From IMG/VR virus record IMGVR_UViG_3300037781_000208, positions 18,840-82,839 of that record: a stretch of DNA of 64,000 bases; one strand, 5' to 3'. The notes below the pieces were generated by a model. It was not told the origin of the DNA and did not search any database. It worked only from the letters and a program-made list of their open reading frames with translations. Source of the stretch: a virus. Lineage: Duplodnaviria; Caudoviricetes. Below, one piece after another: positions 46,526 through 55,741 of this stretch. Every line of letters starts with the position of its first letter. Within the stretch, counting starts at the first letter, position 1. The position numbers and the translations under genes are program-made.

Positions 46526-47050
46526 TTAGCCGAAGGCTGGAATAGGCGATGGGAAATCATCCACTTTAATTCTGGATGGGTGTTGAAATCCTCCACCTGC
46601 ATTTCGCTTGAGGCAATAGAGCTTGTCCCGGCAGACGTCTTTGATGAACGCATTCCAAGGGCTTCCAGGTAGGTTTCCACAAGCAAGCACCACCATCTCA
46701 ACCTGTTTAATGACCTTAAGGATTTGCTCTGCATTTATTCGATCGGCGTCATTATCATGGAATACTCCCGATGGATCTGTTGAACAATATGGATATAAAT
46801 TCACGAGATGGAAGCCGCCCCAATTCCACTTGATGGCCAAATTCCCACATTTGAGAGCTGTCTCATCATTGACTAATTCATCGGCTACAGACGGATTAGC
46901 ACAAAGGAAGGCATTGATTGGAAATTCCCGGTTCCATATTCGGCTAAGCCGGTATCGATACTGGCCGCAAGCTGACTTAACAGCTTCTGATTCCACCGTG
47001 GATTTATGGGTGATTACACTGGTAGCCATAGGATGATATTGGGCGCACAT
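46526..47050 (-). CDS. DUF1643 family protein
   Basis: S.CG.YRY.L.R.W, NPSVAD...D.T, VNLYP, VVLACG, HP. Confidence 0.85.
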   Translation of the reverse strand: MCAQYHPMATSVITHKSTVESEAVKSACGQYRYRLSRIWNREFPINAFLCANPSVADELVNDETALKCGNLAIKWNWGGFHLVNLYPYCSTDPSGVFHDNDADRINAEQILKVIKQVEMVVLACGNLPGSPWNAFIKDVCRDKLYCLKRNAGGGFQHPSRIKVDDFPSPIPAFG

Positions 47051-47228
47051 TACACCCTTTCAAGCTCTCTATTTTGTGGGAAATGAAAAAATCCAGATGT
47101 CTCTCAAACCGACCGGTCTGAAGAGGGACCCTACCTTGGGTGGAGCGGGCTAATAGATTCCTTTGGCCGCCCCTCGATTCATGGCGCCATGAGTCGACAA
47201 ATTACGACAAAAGACGACAAATGTGGTC

Positions 47229-47921
47229 TTAAACCTCGATAACTGGCTCACGTTTCTGAGCTTCCTCTTCCAGATAGGCGATGATCGCCTGGATATCCCG
47301 GAAGTCTGACAGCATCTCTTCAATCTGCTCTCTGGAGGCGTCAGCCATCCAGCCGGAGCGTTCAAATCGCTTCCACCACCGGGTCAGACCATCAACCCAT
47401 GACAGATGGTTGTCGATTCCGGTGGTTGTTGGGTCTGGCAGCATCTCAGCCTCGGAGACAATCCTGCCTGAATTGATCGACTTGCGGAGTCGGCGCGTGG
47501 ACATGTCGTGCTTGTCTGCTCTGTCCAGCCACTGGCGGCGTTCCTCCTCGTCCTTGACCCTTGCGACTGCGGTGTGGTGCTCGAAAGTCAAATGGGGCCG
47601 GCGCTGATCTTGAGGGACGTTTCTGGCAACGTAAGCTGCGTTCATCAAGGATCGCATCTCCAGTCCGGTTTCAGCCATTGCCGATTCATACCGCTCCCGT
47701 ATATCCTCCGACATCTTCTCAAACCGCTCACCACCATTCCAGCGGTCTTGCCCGTAATTGAGCCAATCGCCCACGAGGAAGAGGGATGTTCTGGCAACCC
47801 GTCCCACTTTGCGACCGATCTCCAGCCATTGCTCAAAGGTGATGTCTCCATCAAAGCGAAGTCCTATTTCAGTTACCTGGACGGGAGCGCCGTCGATTAT
47901 CAAAGTGTTCTCGGTGGTCAT
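47229..47921 (-). CDS. LmbU-like DNA-binding protein
   Basis: ITFEQWLEIG...SLFLVGDWLNYG..., L.NAAYVARNVP...R...LTFEHH..VA. Confidence 0.7.
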   Translation of the reverse strand: MTTENTLIIDGAPVQVTEIGLRFDGDITFEQWLEIGRKVGRVARTSLFLVGDWLNYGQDRWNGGERFEKMSEDIRERYESAMAETGLEMRSLMNAAYVARNVPQDQRRPHLTFEHHTAVARVKDEEERRQWLDRADKHDMSTRRLRKSINSGRIVSEAEMLPDPTTTGIDNHLSWVDGLTRWWKRFERSGWMADASREQIEEMLSDFRDIQAIIAYLEEEAQKREPVIEV

Positions 47922-48414
47922 AATGTCTGCGTTGTGCCTTTCGATATGCCTTACGTGCTGTCAACGAGCGCATGGCTCGGGACGGGAGCAGATCGAGTTG
48001 CTGCGTGATCTGGACACAACGCTTGGAGACGGCTGCACGAGTCACCCCATGGCGCTTGGCAATGGCGGTCATTGAATCGCCCATGAAGCAAAGACCGGTC
48101 ACCACCGCAAGACACTCCAAGGAAAGCTGCGGATTTGGACGTGAAAGTAAGTCGGCAACGAGATGACGCAAGGCATCCCAAACTCGGTCGCTCTCACCCT
48201 GTTGAGTTTCTTCATCAGACTCTTCCGGAGCGGCGATAGGCAACTCTGAGACATCATTGGGTTTTCCAAGATGGAAAGGATCGACCTGCGGAGAGAGCAG
48301 TCCCTGTTCCTCAAGCTGTCTGCGTTTCTTCGGGGAAAGACTTGCAACCCATTCAGCGTAGGCAGTCTTGTATTCAGAATTTCGTGCGGATTGTGTGTCA
48401 GAATATTCACTCAT
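47869..48414 (-). CDS. Hypothetical protein with a sigma region-4-like HTH; start MSEYSD at 48414
   Basis: DSMTAIAKRHGVTRAAVSKRC; ATGA-coupled to the ERCC4 gene. Confidence 0.6.
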   Translation of the reverse strand: MSEYSDTQSARNSEYKTAYAEWVASLSPKKRRQLEEQGLLSPQVDPFHLGKPNDVSELPIAAPEESDEETQQGESDRVWDALRHLVADLLSRPNPQLSLECLAVVTGLCFMGDSMTAIAKRHGVTRAAVSKRCVQITQQLDLLPSRAMRSLTARKAYRKAQRRHYDHREHFDNRRRSRPGN

Positions 48415-48932
48415 GTTTTGCGGCTCGGTAGAAGTTGATTGGCGTTCAGGATTATTTCTCGGGCATACCACCAGACCCATTCCTCGACCTGCCATGCCGC
48501 CTCCTCGGGTGAGGGAGCAAAGAACACTGGCACATCGAAGCGGGCCTCAATCGTGGAAAGGGTTGCGAGGACACTACGTGGTTTGATGGCGCTACGATAT
48601 TGACCGGTCTCGATTTCGTGACGCGTGCCGACGACCAGTAGACGGCGGAAGGCAAAACCACGCATCCGGTGAAGCTCACGAAAGAACCGGTCACGGTTTT
48701 GGCCCATGCAGCAGGCTACGAAATCCGGTATGCTCTTGCGCTCAATCGCGAGGTGCTGCTCTCCTCCAACGAAGGAATAGTCGCCCGTTGTCAGGGTCGC
48801 CACCTTTGATTCCAAACGAGAGAACATCAGTGGAGTCTGCTCCCGGGTGTCGACAACCACGATAGGTCGTAGATTGGCGAGCATAGCCAGTCGCTTTCGC
48901 GCCGGATAGTTGGGTAATTCGTTTGTGCTCAT
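48411..48932 (-). CDS. ERCC4 / XPF-domain nuclease (resolvase-like)
   Basis: VVDTREQ, L.TGDYS, IERKS; start MSTNELP at 48932. Confidence 0.88.
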   Translation of the reverse strand: MSTNELPNYPARKRLAMLANLRPIVVVDTREQTPLMFSRLESKVATLTTGDYSFVGGEQHLAIERKSIPDFVACCMGQNRDRFFRELHRMRGFAFRRLLVVGTRHEIETGQYRSAIKPRSVLATLSTIEARFDVPVFFAPSPEEAAWQVEEWVWWYAREIILNANQLLPSRKT

Positions 48933-48937
48933 GGTTA

Positions 48938-51900
48938 TCACTTGGCTTCCGCCCATGTCCTTCCTGTGTGCGCTTCGACTTCGATCGGGATTTCCGGATA
49001 TATGGCAGCCATGGCATCGCGCATGGCGTCCTCCATCAATCGTGAGACAGTTGCAGCCTGGTCCTCCTGGCACTCGATGATGATTTCATCGTGAACGGTT
49101 GAGAGAATCGCTGCGCCTTCCGGAAGTCGTGAAGCAATGAGAATCAGGGCCTTCTTCAACCCGTCAGCTGCTCCTCCCTGGACAGGCGTATTCAGGCTAC
49201 CGGAAAATCGCTGCCAGAATTGCTCCCGCCCTTGAGGCATGAGACGGCGGCGCCCAAGACGGGTGCGGGTTTCGGTGAGGTCAGAGCCATTGGCCAGTTC
49301 CCGAGTACGTCCATGCCATTCGGCAAGTCCCCGGTAGGCTCGGAAAAAGCGGTCCCGGATCCGTTCGGCTTCGCCCACCGTCATATCGACGCCGTAGGAG
49401 GTTTTGGCATATTTCACGAGGCCCGGTGCGGATTGGCCATAGAGCAATCCAAAGTTCACCGCTTTCGCCAATTGCCGGTCGTCCTTGGTGACTTCCTTCT
49501 CCGACTTCCCGAGGACTAGGGCCGCCGTTCGGCTGTGCAGGTCGGCTCCGGAGCGATAGGCTTCGATCATTCGGGATTCACCGGCCAAAGCCGCCGCCAC
49601 CCGTAGCTCAATCTGCGAATAGTCAGCGCAAACCAGCGACCGCCCATCGGGAGCAATGAAGCACCCGCGAAGTGGACCGCGCCCGATGTTCTGAAGGTTG
49701 GGACGTTTGGAGGAAAATCGTCCCGCCTCGGTACCGGTCGGGTCGAACTGTGCGTGAATGCGGCCATCGCCCTCCATTGCATCGAGAAGGCTTTGGGCCT
49801 GCTGTGCGGTTTTCTCCGCGCCACGCATCGACAGGGTCAAGGCTGCAGCGGGATGGGACTGTTCGGCAAGGATCGCCTCTGCGGTACTGCTGATGCCAAC
49901 GCCTGCTTTTTGGAAGGCATCCCGCAACTGGTCAGGAGATCCCGGATTGAAATTCGTCTCAAGGGCTTCCTGTACCTGCCTGCCAATGGTGGTCGCCTGT
50001 GAGCGGTGCTCGTCACGGATACTCTCAAGGCCTGAACGATCGACCATGAACCCAGCCGCCTCCATTCGAACCACCTCAGGAATGAGGCTGGACTCTAACG
50101 CCCAGACATCCATGAGGGAGGACTTCTCAAGTTCCTGTTCCAGTCGCTGCCGGAGTGCATGAAGGTAAACAACATCGCTCGCAGCATAGGCCAATTGCTC
50201 ATCGGTCAGTAACATCGCACCCCAGTCCGAAGCACCCTGATCCTTGGGCAGGTCGGCGATATCATACCGCCGCAGGACATCTCCCAAGGAATTACTCTGG
50301 CGAGTGCCTGCCGAGAGCAACCGCGAGGCTGTGAGGGTGCAGAAAATCCTTTTTGGATGAAGGCCGAGATGGTGGACCAGAAAGCCGAGGTCGAAGCGGG
50401 CATTGTGGATGACCAGTTCAGAGGATTCGATAACGCCGCCGAGACCGCCCAGGTCGTAACCGGTCGCCTGGAGATCGATTAGCCATGGAGCACGCCACGG
50501 CAAACCGAGGATAAGAAACCGGATATCGGACCTGCGAGCGTTCAAAGGATTTCGCCCGTAGGTTTCCAAGTCCAGGGCCAGCGGGTGGTCGGCCATGGCA
50601 ATCTCTTCGGCGATGTCCTCAAATTCGCCCGAATCGGTGACGAGTTGCCAAGGCTCGAGGGTGTCCACCCTGGCCACCTTGTCCGCCTTTTCCCCCTCCA
50701 CTACGTACGGGCGCGCGCACACATGTACGTGTTTATTTTCTTCCTCTACACTTACACACGTATGTGTATTTCTGCTTTTTTGTTTTTTCTCATGGTCAGC
50801 GGGCTGGAGAAAGGGGGACAGGGTTAACAGGGTGGACGTGTTTTTGGGGGCGGTTTCCTTTCTGATGTCCACCTTGTCGACCTTTGCCGGGTTCATTTTC
50901 AATCCCTGAAACAAATCCTGCGGATCGAAGGTGGTCGGGCGATTGGACTTCGTAAACTGAAACCTCCTCCGCTTGGTGTTGGAATCGGAGTTGTCCCGCT
51001 TGAGGGTGATGCCTCCCAATTCCCGCGTGGCGAACTTTCCGAGGATCATCCCGAAGCGCGTTTTGCCACTTTTGGTATCGAGATCCAGCCAATGGAACCA
51101 GTCGCAGTCCTCTGCATCCCGAACCAACTGAAAGATCTCATCACGGCGAATCCAGACTTCGGGATAGCGCTCATAACCGGCAAAGAAGAGTGCCTTCATA
51201 TCCCGGGTTTCGGTGTCTCCGCTGATGTCACTGTCCTCACCCGCATCCGGTAGACACGGATCTCCAAGACCACAGGCGACCATGATGCCTCCGACGACCT
51301 CCGACCACGCAGGATAACTGGTGAAAACCTCCGCATCACAAGGGCGGCCCTTTGCCTGCCATTCCATGACAAAGGTCATCAGCGCAGAAAGCAGGTCAGC
51401 CCGATGTTTGCGGGTCCAGCTCTTCAGGTCCGTTCGCTCGAACTTCCGCTTGTTGGCATCCTCCTCAAAGAAAGCCAGGGATATCTTCCGGATCCGGTTG
51501 GCAAAGTCGGGCGTATAGGTCAGGCCGATGTTGGCCGAGAGGGAAAATTCGAGCTCATTTCCAAGGGTCACTTCCTGATTGTAGCCCAGGAGCCGGTCAG
51601 CCCACTGTTCGGAAGTGGTGATGTTCTCCAGCACATCTGAATTGAGAAAGCCACGGCAGTTGGCAAAGTGAACGCGCCTGCGGCCGCTCATCAGGGTTGC
51701 GGTGATTTTCTTCCGCAGTTCCTGGGAATCAGGTGGAATGGGAGCGTCCTCAATGTCGCGACCTTCATGAATGATGGCGTTGTTGCCGGCGAGGTAGTCC
51801 TTTCCGCTTCGCGGCCGGTTGGCCTCGTAAGCAAACAGTGGTACCCGACAGGTCCACCTCGGGTAGAGTCCCCGACAGAAGGGTGTGAGTGTGGCCGCAA

Positions 51901-53434
51901 TGGCATGAATGAGGGCTTGCTTATCCCGAAAACAGAACTCCTTGAGTAACTCATGAATCCAGCCCTTTGCCTCCTCAAGGGACATGCGCCTCAGCTGAGG
52001 AGCATCATGGGCCAGCCATGACTTGAACCTTGGATCGTAACCGGGCTTCGGTGTCTCGATGGAACCATCCGGCATAAGGATCGGTATCGGCACATGAAAC
52101 ATGCGCTCCATCTCAGGGAGGCGGCTGCGCAGGTGTTCCGATTCAAGCAATACGGAGGCCTGCGCCTGGGACATGCTCTTCGCAGCGAAGCTGAATTCAT
52201 CTGAGCCATCCTCACCGGGAGTCTTCACAAGGATTCCCACCTCGACATGGGTCTCAACGGAAGTAACGGCGGCTGCGGGTTTCAGGGGAACAAACAAAAG
52301 TCCTTCGCCATGCACCTTCCTGACCTCGGTCACAATGCCCGAGCGACTGAACCAATGTTCCTTGTACCGGAGGGCGTGACCTATTTCGGCGGCAAACTGC
52401 GAATCCGGGCGGTCCAGATTCGGTAAAAGGATCCGGGGGCGATTCTTCGAGCCCCGCTGGCCGGGCTCCCATACACGTTGTTGAGAACAAAGGCGGTCAA
52501 CAATTCCCCGCTCGCGGGATTCCGCCCAATCAAGGAAATCCGCAAGGGATTTCTCGCCATGGCTTGTATGACTGCAGAAGAAGGAAGGCAGTGAGGGCGG
52601 TTTTCCCTGCCAGATGACCGATGATGAATCGCCGCAGTTCCACCGGTCCTTTGCATCGCTGTGCTGCTCCCGCCACGGACACCGAACGGTGTGCTTGCCA
52701 TCCTCCCCACCAAGAGGCTGGCCATAGATGCCGAGGTGCTTGGCGAGGGCAACGATATCGAGAGTTTTCAGGTCGCCACGGAAGCGAGCCCACCAAGGCG
52801 GTTCCTTGCGCTTGCGCGTGCTTGCTTTTTTCTTCGGTGCCTCAATCGGCTGGTTGGAAAAGAATATATCCTCCAACTCCTTCCACTTGATGACGGGCGG
52901 CTCTCCCGAGACTTCCCAAGCATAACGGTGACCGGTTTTGTGAACCGAGGGTGCCAGGACGACGTTGCCACCGAAGAATATCTCAGCGGTTACCCCGTCT
53001 CCGAGAGTGCTGGTCAGCTTCTGGTTTCGGCCTGCCGCCTCGATGGCTTCCTTCGGAACATCCCGACACTGTATATGCAGATGACAGCCACCGGCGGTTG
53101 ATTCCCTTGGCCATGACGCCAGCGCGGGCTGGTTGGACAACCATGCTCGGACCGAATCGCCTTCGTCCTTCTTTGAGTCGAGGTCGATAACGATATGAGG
53201 TGGCTTTACAACAACACCGAGGTTCGACGGAGCATTTCCGCCAAAGTGCTTCTCAAGGAAGGCATCATCGCAGTCGAAGAAATCGAGTTTCTTCCAACCG
53301 GTCAGCCGGGGTTTCTTTCCGCGTTCCTTTTCCGTTCCCTGATTGGGACCGTGGAGAGGATGGACAATCCAGCCGAATTCATCGCGGTAGTGACGGGCAG
53401 CGGATAAAATGGTTTCAAACGGTTCTAAAGGCAT
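48938..53434 (-). CDS. 1498-aa replicase: Prim-Pol (AEP) primase + Zn motif + P-loop-like region + 3'-5' exonuclease + family A DNA polymerase
   Basis: VIDLD and GGCHLH (Prim-Pol); RCPW..H...FCSH; RSGKD; LDLETYG, HNARFD, YAASDV (Exo I-III); ADYSQIELR, AKAVNFGLLYG, VHDEII (Pol A-C). Confidence 0.88.
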   Translation of the reverse strand: MPLEPFETILSAARHYRDEFGWIVHPLHGPNQGTEKERGKKPRLTGWKKLDFFDCDDAFLEKHFGGNAPSNLGVVVKPPHIVIDLDSKKDEGDSVRAWLSNQPALASWPRESTAGGCHLHIQCRDVPKEAIEAAGRNQKLTSTLGDGVTAEIFFGGNVVLAPSVHKTGHRYAWEVSGEPPVIKWKELEDIFFSNQPIEAPKKKASTRKRKEPPWWARFRGDLKTLDIVALAKHLGIYGQPLGGEDGKHTVRCPWREQHSDAKDRWNCGDSSSVIWQGKPPSLPSFFCSHTSHGEKSLADFLDWAESRERGIVDRLCSQQRVWEPGQRGSKNRPRILLPNLDRPDSQFAAEIGHALRYKEHWFSRSGIVTEVRKVHGEGLLFVPLKPAAAVTSVETHVEVGILVKTPGEDGSDEFSFAAKSMSQAQASVLLESEHLRSRLPEMERMFHVPIPILMPDGSIETPKPGYDPRFKSWLAHDAPQLRRMSLEEAKGWIHELLKEFCFRDKQALIHAIAATLTPFCRGLYPRWTCRVPLFAYEANRPRSGKDYLAGNNAIIHEGRDIEDAPIPPDSQELRKKITATLMSGRRRVHFANCRGFLNSDVLENITTSEQWADRLLGYNQEVTLGNELEFSLSANIGLTYTPDFANRIRKISLAFFEEDANKRKFERTDLKSWTRKHRADLLSALMTFVMEWQAKGRPCDAEVFTSYPAWSEVVGGIMVACGLGDPCLPDAGEDSDISGDTETRDMKALFFAGYERYPEVWIRRDEIFQLVRDAEDCDWFHWLDLDTKSGKTRFGMILGKFATRELGGITLKRDNSDSNTKRRRFQFTKSNRPTTFDPQDLFQGLKMNPAKVDKVDIRKETAPKNTSTLLTLSPFLQPADHEKKQKSRNTHTCVSVEEENKHVHVCARPYVVEGEKADKVARVDTLEPWQLVTDSGEFEDIAEEIAMADHPLALDLETYGRNPLNARRSDIRFLILGLPWRAPWLIDLQATGYDLGGLGGVIESSELVIHNARFDLGFLVHHLGLHPKRIFCTLTASRLLSAGTRQSNSLGDVLRRYDIADLPKDQGASDWGAMLLTDEQLAYAASDVVYLHALRQRLEQELEKSSLMDVWALESSLIPEVVRMEAAGFMVDRSGLESIRDEHRSQATTIGRQVQEALETNFNPGSPDQLRDAFQKAGVGISSTAEAILAEQSHPAAALTLSMRGAEKTAQQAQSLLDAMEGDGRIHAQFDPTGTEAGRFSSKRPNLQNIGRGPLRGCFIAPDGRSLVCADYSQIELRVAAALAGESRMIEAYRSGADLHSRTAALVLGKSEKEVTKDDRQLAKAVNFGLLYGQSAPGLVKYAKTSYGVDMTVGEAERIRDRFFRAYRGLAEWHGRTRELANGSDLTETRTRLGRRRLMPQGREQFWQRFSGSLNTPVQGGAADGLKKALILIASRLPEGAAILSTVHDEIIIECQEDQAATVSRLMEDAMRDAMAAIYPEIPIEVEAHTGRTWAEAK
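50664..50885. repeat. Putative replication origin: three clusters of 9-bp iterons inside the replicase gene
   Basis: TCCACCCTG / GCCACCTTG / TCCGCCTTT (50664-50690); TCCACCTTG / TCGACCTTT (50868-50885); an inverted trio at 50810-50836; separated by RY-alternating and T-rich DNA. Confidence 0.6.
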
Positions 53435-53452
53435 GGCGTGCTGAGGAGATAA

Positions 53453-53680
53453 TCAATTGAATCGGGTTGATAGTCGGCGTTTTGAGGAAAGGCGGGGACC
53501 GCCCGACGAATCGGACAGCCCCCGGTTTTGTGTCTCAGCTTGCCTTGCCAAAATGTGCGCTTCGTCCGGGGAGAGTTGGAACCGGGTCCAAATGTCAGCA
53601 AAGGCTTCCTCGGTCTCCAGATCGACAAGCTGGCGAAGTTCCCGCATTTCCTGCGGGGTCAGATCAGAACGGCACGTCAT
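53453..53680 (-). CDS. Small hypothetical protein (MTCRSDL...)
   Basis: GAGGAGG-type RBS; fills the gap upstream of the replicase. Confidence 0.4.
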   Translation of the reverse strand: MTCRSDLTPQEMRELRQLVDLETEEAFADIWTRFQLSPDEAHILARQAETQNRGLSDSSGGPRLSSKRRLSTRFN

Positions 53681-54041
53681 CTTCTTCCTCCTCTCCGTAG
53701 AAGGATGTTTGGCGGGATGCCCCACCTCCCGCCGGTCTGGGCTGATTGGTCGCTCTTGGAGACGATGTGACCGCACCGCCTTCGGGCTCGATCTTCCATG
53801 CCTGGAGATTAACGAAGTAGCGGTTGTTGTATTCGTTGCCCCGCAGGTTGAAGGATACCTTGACCGGATCTCCCGGCTGGTAGTCGTCGAGCTGCACGCA
53901 ACGATCCTTGGTGAATTCCAGCTTGATTGGCTGGGGATATTTGTCGCGGGTTGTCACGACAAACTCGCGTTTGGAAAACCCGCTGGCGAACTGCTGCTCG
54001 GGATAGATTTCAAGAATAGTACCTTTGATTTCGTATGACAT
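53664..54041 (-). CDS. DUF3127-family single-stranded DNA-binding-like protein
   Basis: F.KREFVV...YPQ.I.LEF..DR...L..., V.VSFNLRG.EY...YF.NL.AWKIE; acidic tail DDVPF. Confidence 0.85.
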   Translation of the reverse strand: MSYEIKGTILEIYPEQQFASGFSKREFVVTTRDKYPQPIKLEFTKDRCVQLDDYQPGDPVKVSFNLRGNEYNNRYFVNLQAWKIEPEGGAVTSSPRATNQPRPAGGGASRQTSFYGEEEEDDVPF

Positions 54042-54233
54042 GATGATTACTCGGAAGTGTTGTTGATTGGCCCCCGGCGTGAGCGGTGACGCGGCCAGGG
54101 ATGATTGAATTTCAAGGTGCGCCACAAGGCGCCGAGACGGAGGTGCTCGGGAAGCTCCTCGATGGTTTGCCACTGTTTTCGCGACAGCGGTCGGCGCAGG
54201 ATTGCGCGGGTGGTTCCGTTGAGCCGCATCTTG

Positions 54234-54758
54234 TCAACGAATCTGGAGATTCTGACGCTCCTCGAGGACGGCTCCCGGAACTTCATCACCGGCCTTCAGA
54301 TCCTCCTTAATGGCCGATAGATTTGCCTCCCGCTTGATCCGCACGTACTCGTCGGGGAGTTCCTCTGGAGTCACGGTCAGTTTAACCCCTTCAGACCGGC
54401 GCCATCCGATTGTTGATCGTGTGTCCTTGAGCTTGAGCCCCGGTTCGATGAACTGCTCCAGATAACGAGTCAGCCATTGGACCGTTCTTTCAGCAGCCTG
54501 TTGGCGCTTGGCGAGTCGCGTTTTCTCGGTTTTGAGAGCCTCTGCCTCCGCCCGGTGATTCTTGATCATGGCGGCGATATTTAGAGCCTTGGCGTCACGT
54601 TCATCCTCGATCCCAGAAAGGGCCTTCTCGACCATATCCAAGGCATCCTCCGGGGTGACAGGGAGCCCGTCGGGCCCCTCCGTCACATCACCGGACAGGA
54701 TTTCTTCCACCTTGGACCATAGCTGCTCGATCTCAAAATAGGTCTCGTACAGTCGCAT
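54234..54758 (-). CDS. Siphovirus Gp157 / Gam-like protein
   Basis: MRLYE..., K..NIA..IK...AE..ALK.E..RL, LPDEY, AIKEDLKAG..VPGA.LEER.NLQIR. Confidence 0.88.
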   Translation of the reverse strand: MRLYETYFEIEQLWSKVEEILSGDVTEGPDGLPVTPEDALDMVEKALSGIEDERDAKALNIAAMIKNHRAEAEALKTEKTRLAKRQQAAERTVQWLTRYLEQFIEPGLKLKDTRSTIGWRRSEGVKLTVTPEELPDEYVRIKREANLSAIKEDLKAGDEVPGAVLEERQNLQIR

Positions 54759-54760
54759 AG

Positions 54761-55741
54761 TCAGCCCTCCGTGGATTCGAGTTTACCCTTCAGGAAAGCC
54801 ACCGCCTTGGCGGCATTCTCTGGCGACAAGGAATCGAGGTTACCGAGCTTCCATCGGGTCAGTTGATCGTGGTCCCAGCCGCCCTGACGGATGACTTCAA
54901 CCAGTTCGACCAAATGCGGTGCTGGGGCGTGCTCACTGTCGTAGACAACCTCAGGCCCAACCGGTTTCGCAGGTTCCGCAGGTTTCGCAGGCAGCTCCTC
55001 CGCGGATTCCAACCATTTCGCCAACTCTTCGCCCGTCTGCTCGGTGATCTGGAAAATCTTGTCCGTGAAGAGCCCGGTACGGTCCTTGGAAGTGGCGGCA
55101 TTGTGCGAGAGATCCACGTCAAAGACAGTCGTGAATTCGTACTCGACGCCATCTCGCATGATGGGAGCGAGGCCGACTTTCTTGGGTGTGGCCTTGCCCT
55201 TGCCGTCCTGCTCGATGACGTAGTCGATCTTTGAGCGAAGGCAGCAAATGACATGAATCGGTGACTGGAGAACGGAGTTGAGGATCCCCTTGAATTGGCG
55301 ACCCGCCTCGTTCCAGTTCATGAAGGAATTGCCACCTCTGCGATCCAGCTTGTCCTTGTATTCAAGGATGCCTTCCCAGAAGTGGGAGGCGGAGTCGATA
55401 ATGACCACATCGTAACCGGCATCCACAGCGGCCATGATGGCCTCGATGAATTTCTGGTGGTCGAAGGGAGGAGTGATTTCGCAGACATCGAAGTCGTAGC
55501 GATCACTGTAGAGGGAGGCACTGCCATTTTCGGTGTCGATCAGGGCGACCTTCCCGTTGGGTCCGGCAAGGCCTCGGGCGAGGCGGATGCCAGATGTCGT
55601 TTTGCCGCTACCGGCTGGGCCAGTGATGGCGGTCTTGAGTTTGATTCGCTTGCGCGAGGCTTTCTTGAACACGGTACTATCCTTTGTTTTGATTTTTGTA
55701 TGGATGGCACCGGGGACCTCCCCGATGCCGGGAAAGGTCAT
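54761..55741 (-). CDS. AAA_24 / Sak4-like recombination ATPase (true start probably downstream, VFKKAS)
   Basis: GPAGSGKT, IDTENGS, IIDSASH.W, R.GVEYEFTTVF. Confidence 0.85.
   Translation of the reverse strand: MTFPGIGEVPGAIHTKIKTKDSTVFKKASRKRIKLKTAITGPAGSGKTTSGIRLARGLAGPNGKVALIDTENGSASLYSDRYDFDVCEITPPFDHQKFIEAIMAAVDAGYDVVIIDSASHFWEGILEYKDKLDRRGGNSFMNWNEAGRQFKGILNSVLQSPIHVICCLRSKIDYVIEQDGKGKATPKKVGLAPIMRDGVEYEFTTVFDVDLSHNAATSKDRTGLFTDKIFQITEQTGEELAKWLESAEELPAKPAEPAKPVGPEVVYDSEHAPAPHLVELVEVIRQGGWDHDQLTRWKLGNLDSLSPENAAKAVAFLKGKLESTEG

Noticed and set aside
47120-47175. Possible cos / packaging site (AAGGAATCTATTAGCCCGCTCCACCCAAGGTAGGGTCCC on the minus strand)
   Set aside because: The position upstream of the ParB / terminase block is plausible, but there is no symmetry or repeat evidence I can verify; it needs virion end sequencing.
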